Assembly: GCA_963813715.1 (NCBI GenBank)
Contig: CAWFAK010000002.1
Coordinates: 107,690 to 171,689 of the forward strand
DNA from: an uncultured Planctomycetaceae bacterium
GTDB taxonomy: Bacteria; Planctomycetota; Planctomycetia; Planctomycetales; Planctomycetaceae
DNA length: 64,000 bases
Direction: 5' to 3'
Part shown: positions 20,684 through 29,349 of the stretch, in pieces
How the letters are laid out: every line of letters begins with the position of its first letter
How positions within the stretch are numbered: the first letter of the stretch is position 1
Program-made: the position numbers and the translations under genes
The notes under the pieces: generated by a model
Seen by the model: only the letters and a program-made list of their open reading frames with translations
Database searches by the model: none
What the model was told of the DNA's origin: nothing

Positions 20684-22459
20684 TCAAGTCGTCAGGCTGA
20701 ACCGCCGTTCGGCCAGGCGATAGAGCTGTCTCCAGAACGAGCGATTGAGCAAGACGACCGCCACGGCCATCGTCACGACGCTGGCGGCCAGGAGGGGAAA
20801 ATTGCCGTCGGCCGAGGCGTGGTTGATGATCGAGCCCAGACCAAAGGCCGTATACGTTTGCCCCTTCATCACGACATATTCGGCCACGATTGTCGCATTC
20901 CAGGCGCCGCCCGCGGCCGTGATCAATCCGGTTACCAGATACGGGAAGACGCAGGGAATGTAAAGGCGGGTCCAGCGTTGAAATGCAGTCCAGCGATAAA
21001 TCGAGGCGACTTCCCGCAGGTCGGCCGGGATCGACGAGGCACCCGCAATCACGTTGAACAGAATGTACCACTGCGTGCCCAACAGCATCAGGGCCGTGCA
21101 GCCGACGTTGAAATCGACGTGCATCCGAGCGAGCAGAATCGTCACGAGGGGAAAGAGCATCGGCGCGGGAAAGCTGGCCAGCACCTGAATCATCGGCTGC
21201 AACCGTGACGACCATCGCGGGGACAGGCCAATCAAAATGCCGGCCGGCAGCGTCCAGGCCGCCCCCAACAACACGGCCGTCGATGTCCGCAAGAACGACG
21301 CTCCCAACGCTTCGAAGACGCTTCTCCAGTCGTCGCGGCCGGAGGAGCTGACGAACGACAGCTCCCCCATCAACCGCAGGAGCGACCAGCCCCCCCAGAG
21401 GACGATCGCCAGCAGGCCCCCCAGCAACAGATAGCGCACGGCCGTGCGGATCAGCGTGACGACTTGCCCGCGCTCGCCAGAGGGCACGGCCATTTGGCGG
21501 GCGGCGGCCGCTGTAAAACTTGTCATTAAAAGCGAGTGCCGCCACCTGTCGAGGGCGGCCAAAAACTCGCGGAGCGGGGCCGAACGGCGAATCAAGGTCA
21601 GCACCCACGAGTTGGGCTCCGTCGTCGCGGCCAAATCCTCGACCTTGAACCGCTGGCTCCAGGCGACGAGCGGCCGCCACACCACCTGGTCGACGAACAC
21701 GATCATCATCACCATCGCGATCACGGCCGCCACCATCGCCGGCACGTCCCCTTGGATGATGGCTTCGTTCATGTAGGAGCCGATGCCCGGCAGCCGGTAA
21801 TCGTGCCCCTTGAGCGTGAAGGCCTCGGTGACGGAGAGGAAGAACCAGCCGCCGGCCATCGACATCATCGAATTCCAGACCAGGCCGATCATCGCCGACG
21901 GCAACTCGAGTTGCGAAAAGATTCGCCAGTGCCCGAGCCGGTGAATCGCGGCCACTTCCCGTAGCGTCTGCGGAATGGCCTTGAGGCTGCCATGAAAACT
22001 GAAGGTCATATTCCAGACCTGGCCTGTAAAGATCATCACGATGCAGGCCGCCTCGAGCCCCAATTGGTGGTTAGGAGAAAGGGCCACGAGGGCCAGCACG
22101 ACGCCCGGCATGAATCCCAAAACGGGAATCGCCTGCAGCACGTCGAGCACCGGAATCATCACGGCCTCGGCCCGGCGATTGTGCGCGGAGATGGTGCCGT
22201 AAATCAGCGTGAAGGCCAGCGAGAGGAAGTAAGCGGCGAAGCCGCGCCCCAGGCTGAGCAACGTGTATTTGGGGAGCGAATCGATCGACAGGTCGATGGT
22301 GGTCTGCTGGGAGAACGGGGCGGCCATTCGCTGCCCCACCATCAAGATCGCGCCGAAGATCGCCAGGAACAGCGCGACGAGCAGCATGTCGGCGCTGAAC
22401 GCGGCCGGCTTCTTCAGCGCGTCGCGGACGTGCCTGGAATAAAGGCCGGTCAAAGCCAT
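20684..22459 (-). CDS. NitT/TauT-type ABC permease (two fused TM modules)
   Basis: PVLDVLQAIPVLGF, FTGQVWNMTFSF, WNSMMSMAGGWFFL, LPGIGSY, GTQWYILFNVIAG, TAAGGAWNATIVAE. Confidence 0.92.
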   Translation of the reverse strand: MALTGLYSRHVRDALKKPAAFSADMLLVALFLAIFGAILMVGQRMAAPFSQQTTIDLSIDSLPKYTLLSLGRGFAAYFLSLAFTLIYGTISAHNRRAEAVMIPVLDVLQAIPVLGFMPGVVLALVALSPNHQLGLEAACIVMIFTGQVWNMTFSFHGSLKAIPQTLREVAAIHRLGHWRIFSQLELPSAMIGLVWNSMMSMAGGWFFLSVTEAFTLKGHDYRLPGIGSYMNEAIIQGDVPAMVAAVIAMVMMIVFVDQVVWRPLVAWSQRFKVEDLAATTEPNSWVLTLIRRSAPLREFLAALDRWRHSLLMTSFTAAAARQMAVPSGERGQVVTLIRTAVRYLLLGGLLAIVLWGGWSLLRLMGELSFVSSSGRDDWRSVFEALGASFLRTSTAVLLGAAWTLPAGILIGLSPRWSSRLQPMIQVLASFPAPMLFPLVTILLARMHVDFNVGCTALMLLGTQWYILFNVIAGASSIPADLREVASIYRWTAFQRWTRLYIPCVFPYLVTGLITAAGGAWNATIVAEYVVMKGQTYTAFGLGSIINHASADGNFPLLAASVVTMAVAVVLLNRSFWRQLYRLAERRFSLTT

Positions 22460-22634
22460 ACGGGTCCCGATCCGCTCGTCGTCAGTGGCAAAGTCCTAGT
22501 ACTTAGCCCATCCCGGTGCCCGCGGTAAAGGCGGGCGGCGCCGTCGAGCCGAATTTTATGTGAGGCGCGGGTCGCCGATGCCCGTCCCCCGTGCCGCAGC
22601 GGTTCGGCCGCATTGGTCTGCTCGCGCGTGCACT

Positions 22635-22661
22635 TGTGGATAAGTTTTTGACATTCGTCAA
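22635..22661. promoter_or_regulatory. DnaA-box match plus TTGAC-N4-GTCAA palindrome in a divergent promoter region
   Basis: TGTGGATAA at 22635-22643; TTGACattcGTCAA at 22648-22661, which overlaps a TTGACA -35 hexamer. Confidence 0.4.
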
Positions 22662-22809
22662 CACCTCTTCGGCGAACAGGAGTCCAACCGTCCTTTGCGA
22701 AGGCCGCTCGGTGGAACGGGAGTTGCCTCTGGAGAGTGACGGCGTTGGCCGCGCTCTCGACCCGGTTCGGGGCGACGAGCTTCGCCTGCAGGTGACGAAA
22801 GGACACATC

Positions 22810-23811
22810 ATGAAACGTTTCATCACGACACAAAATATCGCGAAAGGGAGCGCGACCGCGCTCGTGAGTTTGGCACTCTCGCTGGGGGGATCGACACTGG
22901 CACACGCAAACCCAGGTGGAGCTGGTGGAGGCGCGGCGGGGGCAGGCGCTCCCAGCTCGAACCCGGCCGCGCCGGGCACGCAGGCAGGAGGCACGCCAGT
23001 TGGTGCCGGAGTGGCGACGCCGAGCAATCCGACGGGCGTGCCCCAAGCGGGCGTCGGAGCGCCGACCGCAGTCAATCCCACGGGCACAATTACGCCAGCA
23101 GGGACCAATCCCACCGGCACAGGAACATCGACAACGGGCAATTCCGCCAGCGCGGGAACGCCGACCGGCATCGGGATGACGCCTCCGGCCGCCCTCTCGC
23201 TCACTTCGCCTGCGGGCAGCGCGAGCAATCCGGCGCTCAATAGCGGGACGGCAGGCGTCACGAACGGCGTGCCCAACTCAGCCGCCATGCAATCGAATAG
23301 CCAGAGCCAATTCGGGCCGGGCATGAACCCGCAATTTGGCGCGGTCCCGGGCACGCTCGGCTCTCCGAGCAGCACCTACGGCGTCGCACCGAATTCGTCC
23401 CAAATGGGAACGAACAACTACGGCCCCTATGGCCAATCCACGCCCAATGCCGCGGCGAATTCGGCGACGACAGGCAGCCGTAACTGGGGCGGACCCATTG
23501 TCAGCTGGCAGCCGGGTTACGGCAGTTGGTCGAGCGGCTATGCGGGCGCTGGCAGCCCAGCCACGCCCAGCAACGGGAGCACGGGCTACCGAGGTCTTCC
23601 GGGCAGCTCCACACAGACCAACGTACCGCCGGGCTCTGCTCCGCAGACCTACTCCAGCGTTCCTGCAACCACATACGGCGCCAGCGGCATGGAGAACTAC
23701 GAGATGAACAACCAAGGCCCGCTGGCCTTTCGACGTGGCCCCAGCCCGTATAACACGGGCGCGCTCAACAACAGCGCTCCGATTGGTGGCTACAGTTACG
23801 GCTATCGCTAA
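22810..23811 (+). CDS. Secreted low-complexity G/P/T/S/N/Y-rich protein
   Basis: GAAAGGA SD before ATG 22810; signal peptide ending LAHA; mature part almost free of charged residues, with NPTG and YG repeats. Confidence 0.75.
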   Translation: MKRFITTQNIAKGSATALVSLALSLGGSTLAHANPGGAGGGAAGAGAPSSNPAAPGTQAGGTPVGAGVATPSNPTGVPQAGVGAPTAVNPTGTITPAGTNPTGTGTSTTGNSASAGTPTGIGMTPPAALSLTSPAGSASNPALNSGTAGVTNGVPNSAAMQSNSQSQFGPGMNPQFGAVPGTLGSPSSTYGVAPNSSQMGTNNYGPYGQSTPNAAANSATTGSRNWGGPIVSWQPGYGSWSSGYAGAGSPATPSNGSTGYRGLPGSSTQTNVPPGSAPQTYSSVPATTYGASGMENYEMNNQGPLAFRRGPSPYNTGALNNSAPIGGYSYGYR

Positions 23812-24234
23812 CCGGAATTTTGCCGAGTCCGACTCTTGGGCATTTAGCGCGGGCGACCAGCAGGGAGGTGGGCGCCCGCGTTTTTCTTGGCCCTCGGCTC
23901 GACGACCCTTTCACACAGGGTCCGCTTTGCGGATTGGTAACCGCAGCATCAGCCTGCTCCCTCACAATCCACACGACCCGCCCATCGCATCGTCTCGTCA
24001 AAATCGCCCGCGATTCTGCGCGACTTTTAATAAATTCTCGCCGGGAACATTCGGACCGGTTCCGTTCCCCGCACGGGCGTGAGCTAGTGTTCCCGGTGTA
24101 GCAAGTCGGCAGCCCCTGCGCTGCCCGACCTTTTCGCGCGAGCCCCGAGCGGCCGCGCCGACCAAACGCCGGACTACCCCTTGTTCGCTCGACTGCAATC
24201 GCCCGCCGCCGGAAAGTTCTTGGAACCAACCAAC

Positions 24235-25359
24235 ATGCGCAAAGTTGTCAAACCGCTTTGCGTGCTGATTGTGCTCCAGGCAGTCTGCCTGGCGGCCGGC
24301 CTCTTGATTCACGATCGGTTCCTGATTTCAGAAGCTCGCTGGAATGACCAGCTCGGCCAAAATCGGTCCGCGAATGCGCCGACCGCGGTCGATGTGACGC
24401 CCGTGCCTGCCGAAACGGCGCGACTGTTTGCCGCCATGCCGGCCGCGGGCGCGATGGCCTTCGTCTGGACGATTGGTCTGCAAGCGGCGATCGCCTACTT
24501 CTTGTTGGCCCGTTTGCAGGGCGAACATTCGCGTCGGCAATCAAAGTCCGACGAGCAATCGCTCTACCACACTCGCGATCTGCTGCGAACCCGCGACGCG
24601 GTCATTTTCGGTCTCGCCAAGCTCGCCGAGTCGCGCGATCCGGAAACCGGGCATCACTTGGAGCGAATCTCGCTGTACTCGACGCGTCTGGCGGCCGCCA
24701 TTTCCCGCGACCCCCGCTACAGCCGCGTGATCACGCCCGGCTTTGTCCGCTTGATCGGCATCAGCTCGGCATTGCACGACATCGGCAAGGTGGCGCTCGA
24801 GGATTCGGTGCTGCTCAAGCCGGGCGAGCTGACCCCGTCCGAGCGGTTCAAGATGCAGTTGCACGTCGAGGTGGGGGCCGAGTCGATCCGCGAAATCGAG
24901 CGGCGGTTGGGTGCGTCGAACTTCCTGGAGATGGCTCGCGAGATCGCCAACTCGCATCACGAGCGCTGGGACGGCGCCGGATACCCGAACGGCATCTCGG
25001 GCGAAAACATTCCGCTGGCGGCCCGTATCGTGGCGATTGCCGACGTCTACGACGCCCTCACCGCCCGTCGCGTTTACAAAGAACCGTTTCCGCATGCTGA
25101 GTGCGTCGAAATCATCCGCCGTGAGGCCGGCCGGCAGTTCGATCCCGAGCTGGTGGAGATTTTCCTCGACGTCGCCCCGCAGTTCGAGGAAATCGCCCAG
25201 CGGTTTGCGGACGCGTGGGGCACGTGTCAGCCCGATTCGTCCAGCCATCCCGACGCGTTGAGCGCGCGGCGGCTCTCTCCCGAGCAGGAGCAAACACTCC
25301 TGGCCGCCTTGGCCGATTGCGAGGATCCGCAGGTCGTCCGGTCGATTTCCAAGAAGTGA
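24235..25359 (+). CDS. Membrane-anchored HD-GYP phosphodiesterase
   Basis: Two TMs; LAESRDPETGHHLER, LHDIGK, HHERWDGAGYP, ARIVAIADVYDAL, R.YK. Confidence 0.92.
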   Translation: MRKVVKPLCVLIVLQAVCLAAGLLIHDRFLISEARWNDQLGQNRSANAPTAVDVTPVPAETARLFAAMPAAGAMAFVWTIGLQAAIAYFLLARLQGEHSRRQSKSDEQSLYHTRDLLRTRDAVIFGLAKLAESRDPETGHHLERISLYSTRLAAAISRDPRYSRVITPGFVRLIGISSALHDIGKVALEDSVLLKPGELTPSERFKMQLHVEVGAESIREIERRLGASNFLEMAREIANSHHERWDGAGYPNGISGENIPLAARIVAIADVYDALTARRVYKEPFPHAECVEIIRREAGRQFDPELVEIFLDVAPQFEEIAQRFADAWGTCQPDSSSHPDALSARRLSPEQEQTLLAALADCEDPQVVRSISKK

Positions 25360-25466
25360 GGTCCGCGTTCCGGCCATGCCTTGCCGGACGGTTTGCCGCG
25401 TCTTCGAGTCCTTAATCGAGTCATTTGCAGCCTGAATCACCAACAGCCGAGGCGGGGAGCCAGTCG

Positions 25467-26459
25467 ATGAATCTGAACTTCAAACATGCCAACTCGCGCG
25501 TTCTGGAAGCGATGCTGGTGCTCGTCACGCTGGTGCTGACCTGCGTGCTATACCAGACCGTCGGTTACAAGGTGATCGTGCTGAACCTGTTCTATCCGCC
25601 GGTGATTCTGGCCGCATTTTTCCTCGGCCGGTACCGCGCGGGTGTGCTGGCGTTCTTCAGCGTGTTGTCGGCGTCGGTCGTGCTCTCGTTCAACCTGGGC
25701 GAATTTGCCGCGTACTCGTCGCCTTTGGTGGTCGCGCTGTCCGTCCTCGTTTGGGGCGGCGTGCTCGGCCTGGCGGCCCTGCTCGTCGGCACGCTCAGCG
25801 ATGAGCTGGCCTCGCGGATGACCGAGCTGCACGAAGCGCACGTCGGCGTCGTCGAGGTGCTGTCGCATTACCTGCAGAGCGCTCATCCCAGCCTCAAGGA
25901 CCATTCGCATCGCGTGGCGTCGATCTGCCGCGATCTGGCCGTGCAGCTCAAGCTGGGGCAGAAAGAGGTCGACGACATCCGCGTGGCCGCCCTGCTCTGC
26001 GACATGGAAAACATCGAGATCACCGCCCGCGTCATCCGCAAAGCCATCGGCGACCTGGGCGACGTGCAGAGATCGGGCGGACAGCACACGTTCCACGGCA
26101 CCGAGCTGGTTCGCTCGCTAGGACCGTCCCTGTTGGGCGCCTTTCCGCTCGTGCTCAATCAGTCGGGCAACGACCAGCACCGCTCGGTCAGCGAAGCGAT
26201 CAGCCACGCGCAGGCGCCGCTCGGCGCCCGGATCATCAAGACCGTGCGGGCCTACGACGCCTTGATGCATTCCAAGTGGGGCTTGCCCAACACGACGCCG
26301 TCCGACGCCATCAAGGAACTGTGGCGCGACGTCGAAGCTGAGCACGACCCGATGATCCTGCACGCCCTCGAGCGCGTCGTCACCCGCGGCAACCAAGTCG
26401 ACCGCACCCTGGCCGCCGCCGCGGCCGCCAGCGAGACGCCGACCGTCGGCGCAATCTAA
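25467..26459 (+). CDS. Multi-TM protein with a degenerate HD-GYP-like domain
   Basis: About 4 TMs; HS.RVA, AALLCDM in place of LHDIG, PLGARII...AYDAL; no HHE/GYP motif. Confidence 0.75.
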   Translation: MNLNFKHANSRVLEAMLVLVTLVLTCVLYQTVGYKVIVLNLFYPPVILAAFFLGRYRAGVLAFFSVLSASVVLSFNLGEFAAYSSPLVVALSVLVWGGVLGLAALLVGTLSDELASRMTELHEAHVGVVEVLSHYLQSAHPSLKDHSHRVASICRDLAVQLKLGQKEVDDIRVAALLCDMENIEITARVIRKAIGDLGDVQRSGGQHTFHGTELVRSLGPSLLGAFPLVLNQSGNDQHRSVSEAISHAQAPLGARIIKTVRAYDALMHSKWGLPNTTPSDAIKELWRDVEAEHDPMILHALERVVTRGNQVDRTLAAAAAASETPTVGAI

Positions 26460-26485
26460 CTGACCGAGCACACGCATTCGGTGCC

Positions 26486-26519
26486 ACTGGCGGCCACTTG
26501 GCCGCCAGTCTTTTTTTTT
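26486..26519 (+). terminator. Rho-independent terminator after the HD-GYP pair
   Basis: Stem ACTGGCGGCC-actt-GGCCGCCAGT followed by C and T9. Confidence 0.85.
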
Positions 26520-26566
26520 GCAACTGTCGGTGACCCGCGCTCGGCTGCGGCACGAGCCCAGTGAGA

Positions 26567-26605
26567 GCCCGGCGAGTCGCCAGCGTGAGCTAGCGGGTGC
26601 TTCGC
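26567..26605 (+). repeat. REP-like element, copy 1 (related to 54851-54889)
   Basis: GCCCGGCGAGTCGCCAGCGTGAGCTAGCGGGTGCTTCGC matches the reverse complement of 54851-54889 at 34 of 39 positions. Confidence 0.8.
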
Positions 26606-26806
26606 ATTTCTGCGTTTTGATCTCCGCGTGTCAATTCGCTATCTCTGCGATCAAGCAGAAAGCGCAATCGAAGCACCATCGGGCTTACGCCCGACGCTCG
26701 CGGGGGGGGCGGTGACCGCGTCGCGTGCTGGCATTTGGCCGCCGCGTGTATTAAACGTCGCACCTGGAGAGGTCTCTTCACGCGTCTTCCCAAGAGGCGA
26801 CCGCCC

Positions 26807-27214
26807 ATGCCGCCAGCGACTGAAAACCAATTGCTCGATCTCACTCGGCAGCTGATCAATTCAATTGCGGACCAGGATTGGAGCGTGTACGAGCGATTGT
26901 GCGATCCCTCGCTCACGTGCTTTGAGCCCGAGTCTCGCGGGCAACTGGTGACGGGGATGGATTTTCACAAGTTCTACTTCGAGCTGAAGGGAAGCCGCGG
27001 GCCGCGAAACACCACGCTGGTGGCGCCGCAGGTTCGCCTGCTCGGCCCCGATGCGGCCGTCGTCAGCTATGTGCGGCTGATCCAAAAACTCGACGGAGAA
27101 GGCGGACCGGTCACGAGCGCACTCGAAGAGACCCGCGTCTGGCAGCGGATCCAGGGTGAATGGAAGCACGTGCATTTTCATCGCTCCGAGATCGCGGCCC
27201 CGCCCAAGTCGTAA
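26807..27214 (+). CDS. Stand-alone CaMKII association (hub) domain protein, NTF2-like
   Basis: CDPSLTCFEPESRGQLVTGMDFHKFYFE, EETRVW and W..VHFHRS match CaMKII hub motifs. Confidence 0.9.
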   Translation: MPPATENQLLDLTRQLINSIADQDWSVYERLCDPSLTCFEPESRGQLVTGMDFHKFYFELKGSRGPRNTTLVAPQVRLLGPDAAVVSYVRLIQKLDGEGGPVTSALEETRVWQRIQGEWKHVHFHRSEIAAPPKS

Positions 27215-27248
27215 GAGCGCGACGACTGGTGCCGCTCCTCCGCGGCCA

Positions 27249-27368
27249 ATCCCTCGCCACGCGTCCTTCTCCTGGCATTACCCCCACTACGGCAACCAAG
27301 GCGGGCAGCCCGCCGGAGCCATCCACGTCGGCGACCGGAAGCTCATCGAATGATACGACGACGGCCGC
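27249..27368 (+). pseudogene. Fragment of a sulfatase C-terminal region
   Basis: IPRHASFSWHYPHYGNQGGQPAGAIHVGDRKLIE*YDDGR resembles sulfatase C-termini (WHYPHY.NQGG.P.GAIR.GDWKLIE.Y.DG); no start, internal TGA. Confidence 0.7.
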
Positions 27369-27496
27369 CGCGACGGTCCCCTGGGCGAGCCGCTCCGGCG
27401 GAAAGCGAAATCCGGAGACAAAACCATGTCTTCGTGGAGTCTCAAGATCCCGCCTGTGGACTAGCGCCCTGTCTATTTCTCGTTGGAGAACTCCCC

Positions 27497-28664
27497 ATGA
27501 TTCGCCCGCTGACTGTGCTGGTGGTTCTCGTGTGCATTCTATCGGGTTCGTCCTTTGCGCAGGCTGGTGATCTTGCACCCGCATCGCGGATCACGTTCGT
27601 CTCGCATCGCTCGGGCGAGAACCTGCTCTACGTGATGAATCCCGACGGGACGGGCCTCAGGCCAATCTTTGGCGGACCGCTTGCGGACGTTCCGACCGTC
27701 GTCGAAGGGACGGCGCTCTGTCGCTCGCCGCATTGGACTCGCCAGAGTCCCGACCGCAGATATTTTGCCTGCTGGGCCTACGATCGCGGGTCTCCTTTTG
27801 ATCGCTATCAAGGGAGCGTGCGGTTCATGCTTTATTCAGGTGGCATTGATGCAGCCTGGAGCAGAGTTGTGAATCCAGACTCTCACGAAGAATTTGCCTG
27901 GTCGCCGGACAGTCGACGTCTCGCGGTTTCGATTTTCTCGGGCGAGTCGCACCAGCAAGGCTTTCTCAGGAGTTCGTTGCGAAGCACGGAAATCGCGATC
28001 TGCGGTTTCGACGGCTCTCAGGAGAGCTTTATTCTCGAGCAGCCCGGGATTCTCATCGTTATGGACTGGTCACCGGACGGAAAACGGCTCCTGCTCGAGC
28101 GGCGATACTTGGATGTCTCGCCCCACAGGCCTAACGACATTCTGCAGTTTGAGTTGGCGGAGGATCAGGCATCCCGAGCCCGGAGTCGGGGGAATAACGG
28201 ACCACTTCGCGGTTCCGCGTGGTCTGCCACGACCGCGCCTCAATTCCTAAAGACGCTCATCGAGGGCACGAGGCATCGGGATCCGAACAACTGCGCGTTA
28301 CTCGCCGGACGGACGTTTCCTCGCGATTGAGTTCACGGATCAAGACAAGATGTACGCGCCCAATGAACTTGGCGAAAACGAGTTTGAGAGAAACAACATG
28401 ATGCGCTACCTCGGCAAGCTCGCCGTGTTTGAGATCGCGACGGGCCGGTTTACGGCAATTGTAGATGACGCGGATGGCCTCCGAGGTCCCGTCACTTGGT
28501 CGCCGGACGGCAATGAAATTCTCTTCTCTCGCTACCTCCCCAAAGGCGACGATCGAGAGAAAATGGCGAAGGACAAAGAGCACGGCTTGGCGATCTGGTC
28601 AGTCCATAAGGACGGCCGCGGCGCTCGGTTCGTCACGACTGGTTGGAGTCCCGACTGGCGGTGA
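27497..28664 (+). CDS. Secreted TolB-like/PD40 beta-propeller protein (frameshift near 28.3 kb)
   Basis: Signal peptide; FVSHRSG..LYVMNPDGTG, WSPDSRRLA, WSPDGKRLL, WSPDGNEILF, GWSPDW across ORFs 27350 and 28350. Confidence 0.8.
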
Positions 28665-28825
28665 CACCGCGCGAGCCAAGCGGCCCATTGATTGGTCACG
28701 CCCCGCGAGGGGCTTGGCTGGAACATCACACGAGCGAAGAATGGGTACCCGAGGCTGAGCGGCTCCAAGGTGACGTTCGGCAACCGGGAGCGGTGCGCCG
28801 TTCGGGCGATCAATGGTCTGATGCG

Positions 28826-29204
28826 ACCGGGATGGGATCGAATTGGGACGGGATTGATTGGGACCGGACGAACGGGACGGGGACGGAATTTCAGATATCC
28901 AAGGTCCAACGTCCAAAGTCCAAGGTCGGGGACCGGACACGAATGCGGGACTGTCGGGACTCGGAGTCGGTCCGGACCCGGACTGTCCGGTCCGCTCGAA
29001 GGAGTCCGGCCGTAGTCTTGGCCCGGCAGTGACTTACGTCGGACAAAGGTCCGGTCCGGACACTTTCGATTGAAAGGGACTGCAATCGGGACCGGACTCG
29101 AAATGTTGGGACGGGATTGAATGACCGAGCCCCCATGCGAGCGGGGGCAGCTTTGGGGCAGGCTCGGGACGGGATTGAATTGGGACGGGATCGGACGGGA
29201 CACG
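28826..29204 (+). repeat. Non-coding GGA(C)-rich repeat region with a heptamer run and a central palindrome
   Basis: About 21 GGAC and about 30 GGA on + by my count; GGGACGGGATTGA x3; (G/A)TCCAA(N) heptamers at 28897-28927; CGTAGTCTTG-N7-AGTGACTTACG at 29011-29038. Confidence 0.8.
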
Positions 29205-29349
29205 TTGTTTCACCGGGGAAATCCCGAGGAGAAGCCCCTCGCCCCCGGCCCTCTCCCATCGGCATGGACGGAAGAAGGAGAAAGATGGGAGCGGACACAT
29301 TCGTGACGTCCCCTGCCCCGTTCCGTAACCGCGGACTCCGTCGCGGCGA

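Noticed and set aside
22635..22643. Replication origin
   Set aside because: Only one DnaA box, no AT-rich unwinding element, and no dnaA/dnaN context.
28826..29204. CRISPR array, or protein-coding ORFs 28532..29203 and 28692..29015
   Set aside because: No constant repeat-spacer period; the translations only mirror the GGGAC repeats.
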